Shown here piece by piece: positions 18,007 through 27,710 of a stretch of DNA of 64,000 bases; the first letter of the stretch is position 1; each line of letters starts with the position of its first letter. Source of the stretch: Deltaproteobacteria bacterium (GTDB taxonomy: Bacteria; Myxococcota_A; Polyangia; Polyangiales; Houyiibacteriaceae); NCBI GenBank assembly GCA_034670305.1, contig JAXMNT010000006.1:160001-224000 (forward strand), written 5' to 3'. Below the pieces are notes generated by a model. That model saw only the letters and a list, made by a program, of their open reading frames with translations, did not search any database and had not been told where the DNA came from. The translations under genes and the position numbers were made by a program.

Positions 18007-19620
18007 ATGCCCCCGTGGCGGTACCGCGTCATCTACTTCGTCCTGCTCCCCGCGATCGCGATCGCGACGGGCATCCTCGGGTACTACACGTGGGTCAGCG
18101 CCTCGGGGTTCGCGCGCCTGGGCGAGCAGACCATCGCGGACAGCACGCTGCTGCTGGTGCGCGAGAAGGTCGAGTCGATCGAACGCTACGTGATCACGCA
18201 GGACAACCTCGCGTTCGGCCTCGTCGAGCTGGCGGATGGGACCAGCATCGAGTCGAAGTGGTTGCCGGTGGCCGAGCAAGTGACGCCGAGCATTCACGCG
18301 CTGCTCTTGCTCGACGACGCCGGTGAGGTGCTCGGCTACGCGAACCGCGGCAACGAGCGGGAGGCCGCGCGCTTCTTGAAAGTGTTCGAAGAGCGCATGC
18401 TCGGCGAGCTGGAGTTGCAGCGGCTGACGGTCGGTCGGCTCAAACACCTTCACCAGTCGTTCGGCAACAAGAGCTACCTGCTCTCTTACGAAGCGCGGCG
18501 GCATGCGGGTCGCAGGGTGTACCTCGTCGCGCACCACGACACCGAGTACATCGTGGAAGAGGAGTTCCCGCGGCTCTTCGCCACCGAGGAAGGCAAGCGC
18601 CAGTACAACGTGGTGTCGGACGACAACCGCCGCGTGTACGGACCGAGCTTGGCCAACGCGGGCGACTACCTCGTGGGCCACCGTTTCCCGACGACGCTCT
18701 ACGCGTGGCGGCTGCAGGTCGCGCCGAAACAGGCGCCGCTGCTCGAGCGGCAGGGACGGAGCCGACGCGCGACCGACCTGGCGCTGCTCGGCATCGCCTT
18801 CTTGGTCGTGTTGCTCGGCGTGTTCTTCTTGCTCTACGCCGCGCACAAAGAGCGCCAGCTCAACGCGCTCAAGGGCGAGTTCATCGCGAACGTCTCGCAC
18901 GAACTCAAGACGCCCCTCTCCGTCGTCCGCATGTTTGGAGAGATGCTTGCGAGCGATCGCGTGCGGAGCGAAGAGAAGCGACAGCAGTACCTCGAGATCA
19001 TCGTCCGAGAATCGGAGCGACTGACGACGCTGATCGACAACGTGCTCGACTTCTCTGCGCTCGAACGGGGCCGGCCCATGTACGCGATGCGGCAGCGCGA
19101 TCTCGAAGAGGTGGTGAACCACGCGCTCGAGACGTTCCGCTACCGGGTCGAGCGAGAAGGCGTCGAGATCCAGCTCGACGTGCGGGGCGAGCTGCCCCCG
19201 GTGAAGATCGACGAGCAGGCGTTCGTGCTCGCGCTCGTGAACTTGCTCGACAACGCGATGAAGTACGGCGAGCGCACGCCGATCACCGTGACGCTCGAGC
19301 ACGTGCGCGACTTCGTGCAGGTGCGGGTGCGCGACCGCGGCCCCGGCATTCCGCCCCAGTCTCAGAAGCGGGTGTTCGAACGGTTCTTCCGTGGCCGCCG
19401 CGAGTCCGACGTGCGCGGCAGCGGCATCGGCCTCGCGCTTGTACGCCACATCGCCCAGGCGCACGGCGGGCGCGCCTGGGCGGTGAACTCGGATGAAGAA
19501 GAGGGCGGCGCCGTCGTCTCCTTCGCCATCCCCGCCCTCGCCGCCGGCGCCGCTCGAGACGCAGACGTGAGCGACCCGGGCAGCAGCATCGCGCCGGAAA
19601 GCGACCCCGCCGCAGCCTGA
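18007..19620 (+). CDS. membrane sensor histidine kinase (HisKA + HATPase_c)
   Basis: Two TMs; H-box ANVSHELKTPL; N-box NLLDNAMKY; DRGPGI; GSGIGLA. Confidence 0.95.
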   Translation: MPPWRYRVIYFVLLPAIAIATGILGYYTWVSASGFARLGEQTIADSTLLLVREKVESIERYVITQDNLAFGLVELADGTSIESKWLPVAEQVTPSIHALLLLDDAGEVLGYANRGNEREAARFLKVFEERMLGELELQRLTVGRLKHLHQSFGNKSYLLSYEARRHAGRRVYLVAHHDTEYIVEEEFPRLFATEEGKRQYNVVSDDNRRVYGPSLANAGDYLVGHRFPTTLYAWRLQVAPKQAPLLERQGRSRRATDLALLGIAFLVVLLGVFFLLYAAHKERQLNALKGEFIANVSHELKTPLSVVRMFGEMLASDRVRSEEKRQQYLEIIVRESERLTTLIDNVLDFSALERGRPMYAMRQRDLEEVVNHALETFRYRVEREGVEIQLDVRGELPPVKIDEQAFVLALVNLLDNAMKYGERTPITVTLEHVRDFVQVRVRDRGPGIPPQSQKRVFERFFRGRRESDVRGSGIGLALVRHIAQAHGGRAWAVNSDEEEGGAVVSFAIPALAAGAARDADVSDPGSSIAPESDPAAA

Positions 19621-19633
19621 CCCCACGGGCTTC

Positions 19634-20034
19634 TACATGGGGATTGTCGCTCCGCGGCTGGGCTCGACCTCCTCGTCGGATGCCTCCTGCGGGGGCCGAC
19701 CGCTCGCTCTTTTACATGGGGATTGTCGCTCCGCGGCTGGGCTCGACCTCCTCGTCGGATGCCTCCTGCGGGGGCCGACCGCTCGCTCCGCTCGACTGCC
19801 CCACCGCTCCGCGACAATCCCGCTCCGCGACAATCCCGCTCCTCGTCGGCTGCGCCTCCTGCGGGGGCGACTGCCCCACCGCGGGGGCCGACCGCTCGCT
19901 CCGCTCGACTGCCCCACCGCTCTTCTACATGGGGATTGTCGCTCCGCGGCTGGGCTCGACCTCCTCGTCGGATGCCTCCTGCGGGGGCCGACCGCTCGCT
20001 CCGCTCGACTGCCCCACCGCTCCGCGACAATCCC
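19634..20034. repeat. cluster of 103-bp REP/MITE-like elements with 11-bp terminal inverted repeats
   Basis: GGGATTGTCGC...GCGACAATCCC. Full copies at 19719-19821 and 19932-20034, truncated copy at 19640-19709, rearranged fragments at 19822-19920. Confidence 0.9.
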
Positions 20035-20040
20035 GCGCCG

Positions 20041-20682
20041 CTACTCGGTGGGAAAGAAGGCGTCCACCCAGCGGGGGCTCAGCCGGCGGTCTTCGGCCAA
20101 CTTCGCGAGCGCGTCGCGGGTGGTCCTAAGGATGGCGGCGCAGCTCGTGAGCCAGGCTTCGGTCCGCGCTTGATGGCGACCGAGCGCTGCGTACGCCTCG
20201 GCACGATCCGAGAGCGCGACGTGACCGAGCTGCAGCGCAGCGCGCAGGGCGTCGGCATGGGCGTCTCTCAATGTTTGCGCGGCGTGGTCTTTCGAGGCGA
20301 GCCGGCCGAGCACGAGCGTCGCCATCGGGATCTCGCAGGCGAGCCCAAGCGCGATGATCTCTTCGTGCGGTTCGGGGAAGAACTTTTGGTAGGTGTCCGA
20401 CGCCGCGTCGCAGGTCTCGAGCAAGTCGGTCGCGAAGCGATGCAGCCGATGGTCGAGCGCGGCGTCCGCGATCGACACGCGCGCCCGCGCGGCGGTGGCC
20501 ATCGCGCGCAGGTCTTCACCATCGGTCTCGATCGCTTGCCACTCTTCGAGCTCGGCGCGAATGCGCGCGAGCAACCGATGAATGCGCGGGTCGTCGCTCT
20601 GCGTCGCGAGCGCGGCGCCGACGAAGATCAAATCTCCACGCCGGCGAAGCCAGTCGTGCCGCCCGGTGAACGCCCACTTCAC
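20041..20682 (-). CDS. hypothetical all-alpha protein
   Basis: 213-aa ORF, GTG start overlapping the upstream stop (GTGA), coding-like composition. Confidence 0.75.
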   Translation of the reverse strand: MKWAFTGRHDWLRRRGDLIFVGAALATQSDDPRIHRLLARIRAELEEWQAIETDGEDLRAMATAARARVSIADAALDHRLHRFATDLLETCDAASDTYQKFFPEPHEEIIALGLACEIPMATLVLGRLASKDHAAQTLRDAHADALRAALQLGHVALSDRAEAYAALGRHQARTEAWLTSCAAILRTTRDALAKLAEDRRLSPRWVDAFFPTE

Positions 20683-21719
20683 GAGTCACCCATCATGTCG
20701 AAGATCTTTCCGATCGCGCCGCCGCCCAGGCCACCACCCGCAGAGGGTGCGCTTGGTGTGGCGCTTCCGCCGAACAGACTGCCGAGCTGACCCATGACCG
20801 AACCGGCCATCGACTGAGGCGTCGGCATGCCGCCGCCCATGCCGGGCACGCCGCCCATGCCAGGCATCTGAGGCACCTGCGCGCCCGGTGCCATCGGCGC
20901 CTGCATCTGTGGAGCGGCCGGTGCGTCGCCGGTTGGACTCAGGCCGCCGAGCAACCCGCCGAGCACGCCACCCAGTCCGCCGGTCATCGCGCCGGTCATC
21001 GCGCTGCCCATGCCGCCGCTGCCGCCGCCAGTCATCATCCCGACGAGTCCGCCGCCGCCCATCATGCTTCCGATCGCGCCGCCCATGCCCTGACCCATGA
21101 CGCCACCGTGGGTCGCTCCGCCGGCCGGCACACCAAAGCCGCCCATCTGTGGCGCGCCGCCCGGGGCACCCATCTGAGGTGCGCCCATCGAGGGTGCGCC
21201 CATCTGCGGCCCGCCCATCGTCGGCGCGCCCATCTGTGGTCCCGTCGCGGCGCCGCCACCGGTGAGGCTGCCGAGGTCGAGCCCGTTGCGCATCTTGTCC
21301 CACAGGAAGTCGATGAGCAGCGGCGTCAGGCCCGCGCCGATCGTTCCTGCGACCCGCTGAGGCAGACCCCAGCGCGAGGCGATGACCTGCGCGACGTGGC
21401 CGCCCACGACCCCCTGCAGTCCATCCTTGGCCGCGCCCATCAACCCATTGCCCCGCACGAGACCGCTGACCGCACCGGCCAGGAAGTTGGTCACGTAGTG
21501 GCTGCCGCCGACATCCGTCAACGAGGCCGGCGCGTCGGGAGACGCGGCGGCTGCGGAGCCACCCGGCATCGCGCGTTGCATCGCTTGCGCGGCCGCGGGG
21601 AACGCGGACTGCAAGAGTCCTTGGGCTTGCCCGGGCGGATAGCCTTGGGACTGGAGTTGCGTCATCGCCTGTTGGCCTTGCGGCGCGGACAGGAAGTTCT
21701 GGAAGAGGGAGCCGAGCAT
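20679..21719 (-). CDS. Gly/Met/Pro/Gln-rich low-complexity protein (N-terminus loosely DUF937/YidB-like)
   Basis: Helical N-terminal half, then PQMGAP/GGMG repeats. Lies 19 nt downstream of the response regulator. Confidence 0.8.
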   Translation of the reverse strand: MLGSLFQNFLSAPQGQQAMTQLQSQGYPPGQAQGLLQSAFPAAAQAMQRAMPGGSAAAASPDAPASLTDVGGSHYVTNFLAGAVSGLVRGNGLMGAAKDGLQGVVGGHVAQVIASRWGLPQRVAGTIGAGLTPLLIDFLWDKMRNGLDLGSLTGGGAATGPQMGAPTMGGPQMGAPSMGAPQMGAPGGAPQMGGFGVPAGGATHGGVMGQGMGGAIGSMMGGGGLVGMMTGGGSGGMGSAMTGAMTGGLGGVLGGLLGGLSPTGDAPAAPQMQAPMAPGAQVPQMPGMGGVPGMGGGMPTPQSMAGSVMGQLGSLFGGSATPSAPSAGGGLGGGAIGKIFDMMGDS

Positions 21720-21738
21720 CGCCCGATGCTAGCAGGTG

Positions 21739-22428
21739 CTACACGACGAGTTTGTAGCCGACCCCGTAGACCGTCAGAATGTGCCGCGGCTCGTTGGGCA
21801 CCGGCTCGATCTTCTTGCGGAGCTTCACGATGAAGTTGTCGACGGTGCGGTTGGTCGGGTTGGCCTCCACGCCCCACACCCGTTCGAGAATTTCGTCGCG
21901 GGACACCGGCGTGCCGTGCTGCGAGAAGAGCAACTTGAGCAGCTCCACTTCGTAGAAGGAGAGGGCGGACTCTTCGTCGCCGCGCAGCAGCCGTTGGGTG
22001 CCCGGGTCGATCGTGCAATCGCCGATCTCGAACGGGGTCGCGACCGGCGCGGGACCGCGCGACGCGCGGCGCAGGAGTGCGCGGATGCGGGCGACCAGTT
22101 CCCCCACCGCGAACGGTTTGGTCACGTAGTCGTCCGCGCCGACCCCGAGCCCGCGGATCTTGTCCGTCTCCTGGCTGCGCGCGGTCAGCATGAGAATGGG
22201 CACGTGCGCGTTCTTCTCCCGCACCCGCTCGCAGACCACGTAGCCGTTCATGTCCGGAAGCATCAGATCCAGAAGGATGCAGTCCGGATCTTCGCGCGCC
22301 GCGATCTCGACCGCGTCTTCTCCGGTCTTCGCGTGCAGGACCACGAACCCTTCGAACTCCAGCGTGTCGACGAGCCCCAGCGCAAGCGCAGGGTCGTCCT
22401 CCACGATGAGTATCGTGCGCGGGTCCAC
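21739..22428 (-). CDS. OmpR/PhoB family response regulator
   Basis: ILIVEDD, LLDLMLPD, LTAR, GADDYVTKPF; winged-helix RTVDNFIVKLRKKIE...TVYGVGYK. Confidence 0.95.
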   Translation of the reverse strand: MDPRTILIVEDDPALALGLVDTLEFEGFVVLHAKTGEDAVEIAAREDPDCILLDLMLPDMNGYVVCERVREKNAHVPILMLTARSQETDKIRGLGVGADDYVTKPFAVGELVARIRALLRRASRGPAPVATPFEIGDCTIDPGTQRLLRGDEESALSFYEVELLKLLFSQHGTPVSRDEILERVWGVEANPTNRTVDNFIVKLRKKIEPVPNEPRHILTVYGVGYKLVV

Positions 22429-22590
22429 CGCCGGCCATGGAACCACAGGACGCGGCCCTCGGCAGGGGAAATCTCGCCGTCCGTTCGAGGCTTGGCCCCT
22501 CGACCGACTGACTTCGCTATGGGTCGCAAATGCGGCCCACCTACTGCCGCCTACATTGAAGCGGACAAGGGGACCTTGTAGAATCCAGGC

Positions 22591-25500
22591 ATGGATGCGC
22601 GGTGGTGGATGCCCGCAGTCCTCACGGGTTTGGTGGCATGCAGTGGTCAGGCGTTGGTCGGAGGACCAGAGCCCGATGCCGCGTTCGACGCGCCGGTGAT
22701 GACGTGCGGTGAGACGCAGACTGCGTGCGGGGAAGAGTGCGTCGATCTGCTCGACGACCCGGATCACTGCGGCGCCTGCGATGCAGCATGCGCGGAAGGG
22801 CAACTCTGCGTTGGGGGCATGTGCGCGGTGGAGTGCCCGGCCGGTCAGATCGTCTGCGGCGATCGCTGCGTCGATGTACGGAGCGACCCGCTGCATTGCG
22901 GCGCGTGCGACGTGGCCTGCGACGAAGGGCTGCTCTGCGGCGATGGGATGTGCGGGGTCACCTGCGGCACGCTCACCCTCTGCACGGACGAAGCGGGCAG
23001 CGAGTACTGCGCGGATCTGACGACTTCGCGGGACGACTGCGGCGACTGCGGCCTCGGCTGCGGTCCCGGCGAGGTCTGTGTCGACGCGCTCTGCGAGATC
23101 TCCTGCCCCATCGGCCAGGTCCCGTGCGACGGGCTCTGCGTGGATCTCGGATCCGACCGCACCCACTGTGGTGCGTGTGGCGCCAGCTGCGCGGAAGGCA
23201 CCGTGTGCAGCGCGGGCACGTGTGAGACCTCCTGCGGAGGCGGCCTCACCGAGTGCGACGGCGTGTGCCGCGACCTGACGAGTGACCTCGGGCACTGCGG
23301 AGGTTGCGCGAACGCGTGTGCGACCGGCGAGGTCTGTTCGCTCGGGGTCTGCGAGACGGCGTGCAGCTCGACGCTGACCGACTGTGGCGGCGTGTGCCGC
23401 GACTTGGGGACCGACCGGCGAAACTGCGGCGGCTGCGACACGATCTGTGCGGATGGCGAAGTCTGTTCGGGCGGGGTGTGTGAGGTGTCGTGCGGCGGTG
23501 GCCTGAGCGAGTGCGATGGCGTGTGCCGCGACCTGACGAACGACCGTTTCCACTGCGGCGCCTGCAGCAGCGGGTGCGCGTCGGGCACCGTGTGCAGCGC
23601 GTCGACCTGCGAAGCGTCGTGCGGCGCGGGCCTGACCGACTGCGGTGGGTCGTGTCGCGACCTCGCGGTCGATCCCACCAACTGCGGCGGATGCGGCGTC
23701 GCGTGCGGCGCGCTCGAGGTCTGCTCGGCCGGCGTGTGTCAGATCTCGTGCGGCGGACTGACCGATTGCGGCGGCGTCTGTCGCGACACCGACACCGATC
23801 CGGGCAACTGCGGCGGATGCGGCACGAGCTGCGCGGCCGGTGAGGTGTGCACTGGCGCGGCGTGCGAGGTGACCTGCGGCGCAGGGCAGACGGAGTGCGA
23901 CGGCGTGTGCCGTGACCTCGCGACGAACCGGTTGCACTGTGGCGGATGCGACGTCGCGTGCGACACCGGTGGCATCTGCGCGAGCGGCGTGTGCGAAGTG
24001 TCGTGCGGCGCGAGCCTGACCGATTGCAGCGGCGCATGCCGCGACCTCGACAACGACCGGCTTCACTGCGGCGGATGCGACGCGGCCTGCGGACCGGGTC
24101 AGGTCTGCGCGGGTGGCGTGTGTTCGGTGAGCTGCACCCCGGGTCTGACGGATTGTGGCGGCGTGTGTCGGGACCTCGACACCGATCCGCTGGCCTGTGG
24201 CGCGTGCGGTGCGACGTGTGTCGCGGGCACTGCCTGCGTCGCCGGCGCGTGTGAGGTCTCCTGCCCCGCGGGTCAAACCAACTGCAGCGGAACGTGCCGC
24301 AGCCTCGACGACGATCGACTGCACTGCGGTGGTTGCGGCATCGCCTGTGGCTCCGGAGAGATCTGCGACACGGGCGTGTGCGTGCTCAGCTGTCCGGCCG
24401 GACAGACGAACTGCGGCGGCGTGTGTCGCGACGTCACCAACGATGTGCTCGCGTGCGGGGCGTGCGGCACGACGTGTGGCGCCGGCGAACTGTGCAGCGG
24501 CGGGGTGTGCACCGTCAGTTGCGGCGCAGGCCTGAGCGAGTGCAGCGGGGTCTGCCGCGATCTCTCCACCGACAGCAACCACTGCGGCGCGTGCGACGCG
24601 GGATGCCCGGCCGGGCAGCTGTGCAGCGGGGGGACGTGCGCGGTCTCATGCGGTGCCGGTCTCTCGAACTGCGGCGGCGTCTGCCGGGACCAGGACACCG
24701 ATCGTTTTCATTGCGGCGGGTGCGGGGTGGCGTGCGCGGACGGTGAGGTCTGCAGTGCGGGCGCGTGTACCGTCAGCTGCGGCGGCGGTCTGTCCAACTG
24801 CAGTGGCGTCTGCCGGGACCTGGCGAACGACCGGCTTCATTGCGGGGGTTGTGGGCTGTCGTGCAGCGCCGGTGAAGTCTGCAGCGGCGGCGTGTGCACG
24901 GTGAGCTGTGGCTCGGGACTGACCGACTGCGGCGGCGTCTGTCGCGATCTCTCCACCGACCGCAACCACTGCGGCGGGTGCGGGGTGCTGTGCGGCGCGG
25001 GCGAGCTCTGTTCGGGTGGCGTGTGCCAGGTCTCGTGCACCGGCGGGCAGGTGGATTGCGGTGGCGTGTGCCGCGACACGGACACCGATCGGTTCCATTG
25101 CGGTGGCTGCGGCGTCTCTTGCAGTGCTGGCGAGGTGTGCAGCAGCGGCGCGTGCACCGTGAGCTGCGGTGGCGGACTCTCGAACTGCGGCGGGGTCTGC
25201 CGAGACCTGGCGAACGACCGGCTGCATTGCGGCGGCTGTGGCATGGCGTGCGGCGATGGCGAAGTGTGCAGCGGCGGTGTGTGCACGGTCAGCTGCGGCG
25301 CCGGGCTGACCGACTGCGGTGGCGTGTGCCGTGATCTCTCGACCGATCGCAACCACTGCGGTGGATGCGGCATGCTCTGCGGCGCGGGCGAGCTCTGCTC
25401 CGGTGGCGCATGCTCGGTGTCTTGCACCGGCGGCCAAGTGGACTGTGGGGGCGTGTGCCGGGACACGGACACCGACCGGTTCCATTGCGGCGGCTGCGGC

Positions 25501-26523
25501 GTCAGCTGCAGCGCCGGAGAAGTGTGTGCGGCGGGGGCGTGTGCGGTGAGTTGTGGCGGTGGGCTCTCCAACTGTGGCGGCGTGTGTCGAGACCTCGCGA
25601 ATGATCGACTTCACTGCGGCGGCTGCGGTGTGATGTGCGCCGCCGGCGAGGTCTGCAGCAGCGGCGTGTGCACGGTCAGCTGCGGCGCGGGGCTCACGGA
25701 CTGCGGGGGTGTGTGCCGCGACCTCGGCACCGACCGCAACCATTGCGGAAGCTGCGGCACGCTGTGCGCGGCAGGTCAGGTCTGCAGCGGAGGGGGCTGC
25801 ACGGTCAGCTGCACCGCCGGACTCGTCAACTGCGGCGGCACTTGCCGCGACCTGAGCACCGATCGCTTCAACTGCGGTGGCTGCGGTGTCGGGTGTGGCG
25901 CCGGCCAAGTGTGCAGCGGTGGCAGTTGCACGGTCAGCTGCGGGGGTGGGCTCACCAACTGCAGCGGCGTGTGCCGGGACTTGACCACCGACGCGAACCA
26001 CTGCGGCGGATGCGGCATGGCGTGCGGGGCGGGCCAGCGGTGCAACGCCAGCAGCTGCGAGTTGAGCTGTCCGGGCGGTCAGGTGGCGTGCGGCGGGGTC
26101 TGCCTCGACAGCGCCACCGAGTCGTGTGCGGCGGGCACCGACCTCGGCACCCTGGTCGCGGGATCGAGCACGACGACCTCCCTCGAGACCTTGCCGGATG
26201 GCGGGCAAGAGGACTGGTACCTCGTCCGGTTCCCGATGAACCCAGACTTCCGCCAGCACGGCACCGGCAACGCCCGCATCAGCTTTGCCACGAACGACGG
26301 CAGCGCGTTCCGCATCCAGCTCTACAGCAACTGCACGCCGACCCCGCTGCCCGGTGAAGCGGGGGCGCTGCGAACGTCCTGGAACTTCCTGGACACCTGC
26401 ACGACGTTCGCGAACAACTGTTCGACGCGCGCGGTGGCGTGGCCGAACGTGGTCCGCATCCGAGTGACCCGAACGAGCGCCGCCACGTTCTGTGGCGGGT
26501 ACCGGTTGAGGCTCGAACGTTGA
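22591..26523 (+). CDS. 1310-aa lipoprotein with 26 tandem ~43-aa 8-Cys repeats (MXAN_6577/Stig1-like) and a distal C-terminal domain
   Basis: Lipobox LVAC; repeat consensus CGGGLTDCGGVCRDLxTDRxHCGGCGxxCxxGEVCSGGVCTVS; unique ~135-aa C-terminal domain (EDWYLVRF...YRLRLER). Confidence 0.92.
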   Translation: MDARWWMPAVLTGLVACSGQALVGGPEPDAAFDAPVMTCGETQTACGEECVDLLDDPDHCGACDAACAEGQLCVGGMCAVECPAGQIVCGDRCVDVRSDPLHCGACDVACDEGLLCGDGMCGVTCGTLTLCTDEAGSEYCADLTTSRDDCGDCGLGCGPGEVCVDALCEISCPIGQVPCDGLCVDLGSDRTHCGACGASCAEGTVCSAGTCETSCGGGLTECDGVCRDLTSDLGHCGGCANACATGEVCSLGVCETACSSTLTDCGGVCRDLGTDRRNCGGCDTICADGEVCSGGVCEVSCGGGLSECDGVCRDLTNDRFHCGACSSGCASGTVCSASTCEASCGAGLTDCGGSCRDLAVDPTNCGGCGVACGALEVCSAGVCQISCGGLTDCGGVCRDTDTDPGNCGGCGTSCAAGEVCTGAACEVTCGAGQTECDGVCRDLATNRLHCGGCDVACDTGGICASGVCEVSCGASLTDCSGACRDLDNDRLHCGGCDAACGPGQVCAGGVCSVSCTPGLTDCGGVCRDLDTDPLACGACGATCVAGTACVAGACEVSCPAGQTNCSGTCRSLDDDRLHCGGCGIACGSGEICDTGVCVLSCPAGQTNCGGVCRDVTNDVLACGACGTTCGAGELCSGGVCTVSCGAGLSECSGVCRDLSTDSNHCGACDAGCPAGQLCSGGTCAVSCGAGLSNCGGVCRDQDTDRFHCGGCGVACADGEVCSAGACTVSCGGGLSNCSGVCRDLANDRLHCGGCGLSCSAGEVCSGGVCTVSCGSGLTDCGGVCRDLSTDRNHCGGCGVLCGAGELCSGGVCQVSCTGGQVDCGGVCRDTDTDRFHCGGCGVSCSAGEVCSSGACTVSCGGGLSNCGGVCRDLANDRLHCGGCGMACGDGEVCSGGVCTVSCGAGLTDCGGVCRDLSTDRNHCGGCGMLCGAGELCSGGACSVSCTGGQVDCGGVCRDTDTDRFHCGGCGVSCSAGEVCAAGACAVSCGGGLSNCGGVCRDLANDRLHCGGCGVMCAAGEVCSSGVCTVSCGAGLTDCGGVCRDLGTDRNHCGSCGTLCAAGQVCSGGGCTVSCTAGLVNCGGTCRDLSTDRFNCGGCGVGCGAGQVCSGGSCTVSCGGGLTNCSGVCRDLTTDANHCGGCGMACGAGQRCNASSCELSCPGGQVACGGVCLDSATESCAAGTDLGTLVAGSSTTTSLETLPDGGQEDWYLVRFPMNPDFRQHGTGNARISFATNDGSAFRIQLYSNCTPTPLPGEAGALRTSWNFLDTCTTFANNCSTRAVAWPNVVRIRVTRTSAATFCGGYRLRLER

Positions 26524-27710
26524 CCCGTGCGTGGGCCACGGCGGTGGTCGGAATGTTCGTGCTGACTGCGGCTCCCGCACTGGCGCAGGACACCGTGGGC
26601 GACGAAGGACTGGTCGCGGTCTTCCACCTCGAGGGTGGCGCGGACGTCATGTTGTCCGACACCCTCGACGAGCAGTTCGGGTGGGGCGGGCACGTCGGTG
26701 CGCGGTTCGGTTTGGAAGTCGTGGGGCCGTTGTCGATCCAGGTGGGCTTCGAGAGTCTCTGGTTCCCAGTGGAGTCGCAGGACCCGGGCAACCTCTATCA
26801 GATCGCGCTCGGCGCGCGCGGCTACTTCCCGGTGACCGATGGCGCGCTCGGGGGGCCGTGGGTGGACGCGAACGCAGGAATCGGCATCACCGGCGAGCTC
26901 GTGCGTTTCGTCTTCGATGTCGGGGCGGGCTGGGACTTCTTTCCCCATCCCAAGTTCGGGGTGGGTCCGTACGTGCGCTACATGCAGATCGTGCAGCCGA
27001 ACGACGAACCGCTCGGGACCGATGCACGCATGCTTGGCTTTGGCGTGCACCTCACCGCGCGGCTCGGACTTCAATCGCCCCCGGCACCGGTCGAACGGAT
27101 CGAACGCGTCGTCGAAGCGCCGGAGGACCCGGACTCCGATGGCGACGGAATGAGCGACTCGCGCGACGCGTGCCCCTCCTCGGCGGAGGACATGGATGGA
27201 GTGCAGGACGACGACGGCTGCCCCGAACGGGACGCCGACTCCGATGGCATCGCCGACGAAGACGACCGCTGCCCGGAGCTGGCGGAGAGCCGGAACGGGT
27301 TCGAGGACGAAGACGGTTGTCCGGACGAAGCACCGGCACCGGAGCCCATCGCGAACCCGCGCGAGCGCGCTGGTGAACCGCTCGAGCCGACGGTGCGGTT
27401 CCGGGTCGGGACCGACCGCGTCTCGCCCCGTTTCCGGGCGGAGATCCAGGCGGTCTGTGAAGTCGCGGCAGAGAACCCCGAGTCGATCATCCGTGTCATC
27501 GGCCACGCCGACGAACAGGGCAGCGCCGCTGCGAACCACCGACTCGGAGCCCAGCGCGCGGGCGCGGTCGCCGAGCAGCTCGTGATCTGCGGCGTCTCGC
27601 CCACCCGACTTCACAGCGTCTCTTACGGCGACACCCGTCCCACCTGCGCCGACGACACCGTCGACTGCCACCTCGACAACCGCCGCGTCCACTTCGAACT
27701 GGTGCGCTGA
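26520..27710 (+). CDS. OmpA family outer-membrane protein: N-terminal beta-barrel, TSP3-like Ca-binding repeats, peptidoglycan-binding OmpA_C
   Basis: Signal peptide ending APALA-Q; alternating aromatic/Gly strands; DSDGDGMSDSRDACP and DADSDGIADEDDRCP; GHADEQG...RAGAV...YGDTRP...NRRV. TTG start overlaps the upstream stop. Confidence 0.9.
   Translation: MTRAWATAVVGMFVLTAAPALAQDTVGDEGLVAVFHLEGGADVMLSDTLDEQFGWGGHVGARFGLEVVGPLSIQVGFESLWFPVESQDPGNLYQIALGARGYFPVTDGALGGPWVDANAGIGITGELVRFVFDVGAGWDFFPHPKFGVGPYVRYMQIVQPNDEPLGTDARMLGFGVHLTARLGLQSPPAPVERIERVVEAPEDPDSDGDGMSDSRDACPSSAEDMDGVQDDDGCPERDADSDGIADEDDRCPELAESRNGFEDEDGCPDEAPAPEPIANPRERAGEPLEPTVRFRVGTDRVSPRFRAEIQAVCEVAAENPESIIRVIGHADEQGSAAANHRLGAQRAGAVAEQLVICGVSPTRLHSVSYGDTRPTCADDTVDCHLDNRRVHFELVR

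Noticed and set aside
19634-20034. Possible CRISPR array
   Set aside because: Units are about 100 bp with no unique spacers and no cas genes nearby; better explained as REP/MITE-like elements.
21739-24582. 947-aa minus-strand ORF that appears to fuse a long repeat region to the response regulator
   Set aside because: The N-terminal ~720 aa is the antisense shadow of the Cys-rich gene; the regulator starts near 22428.
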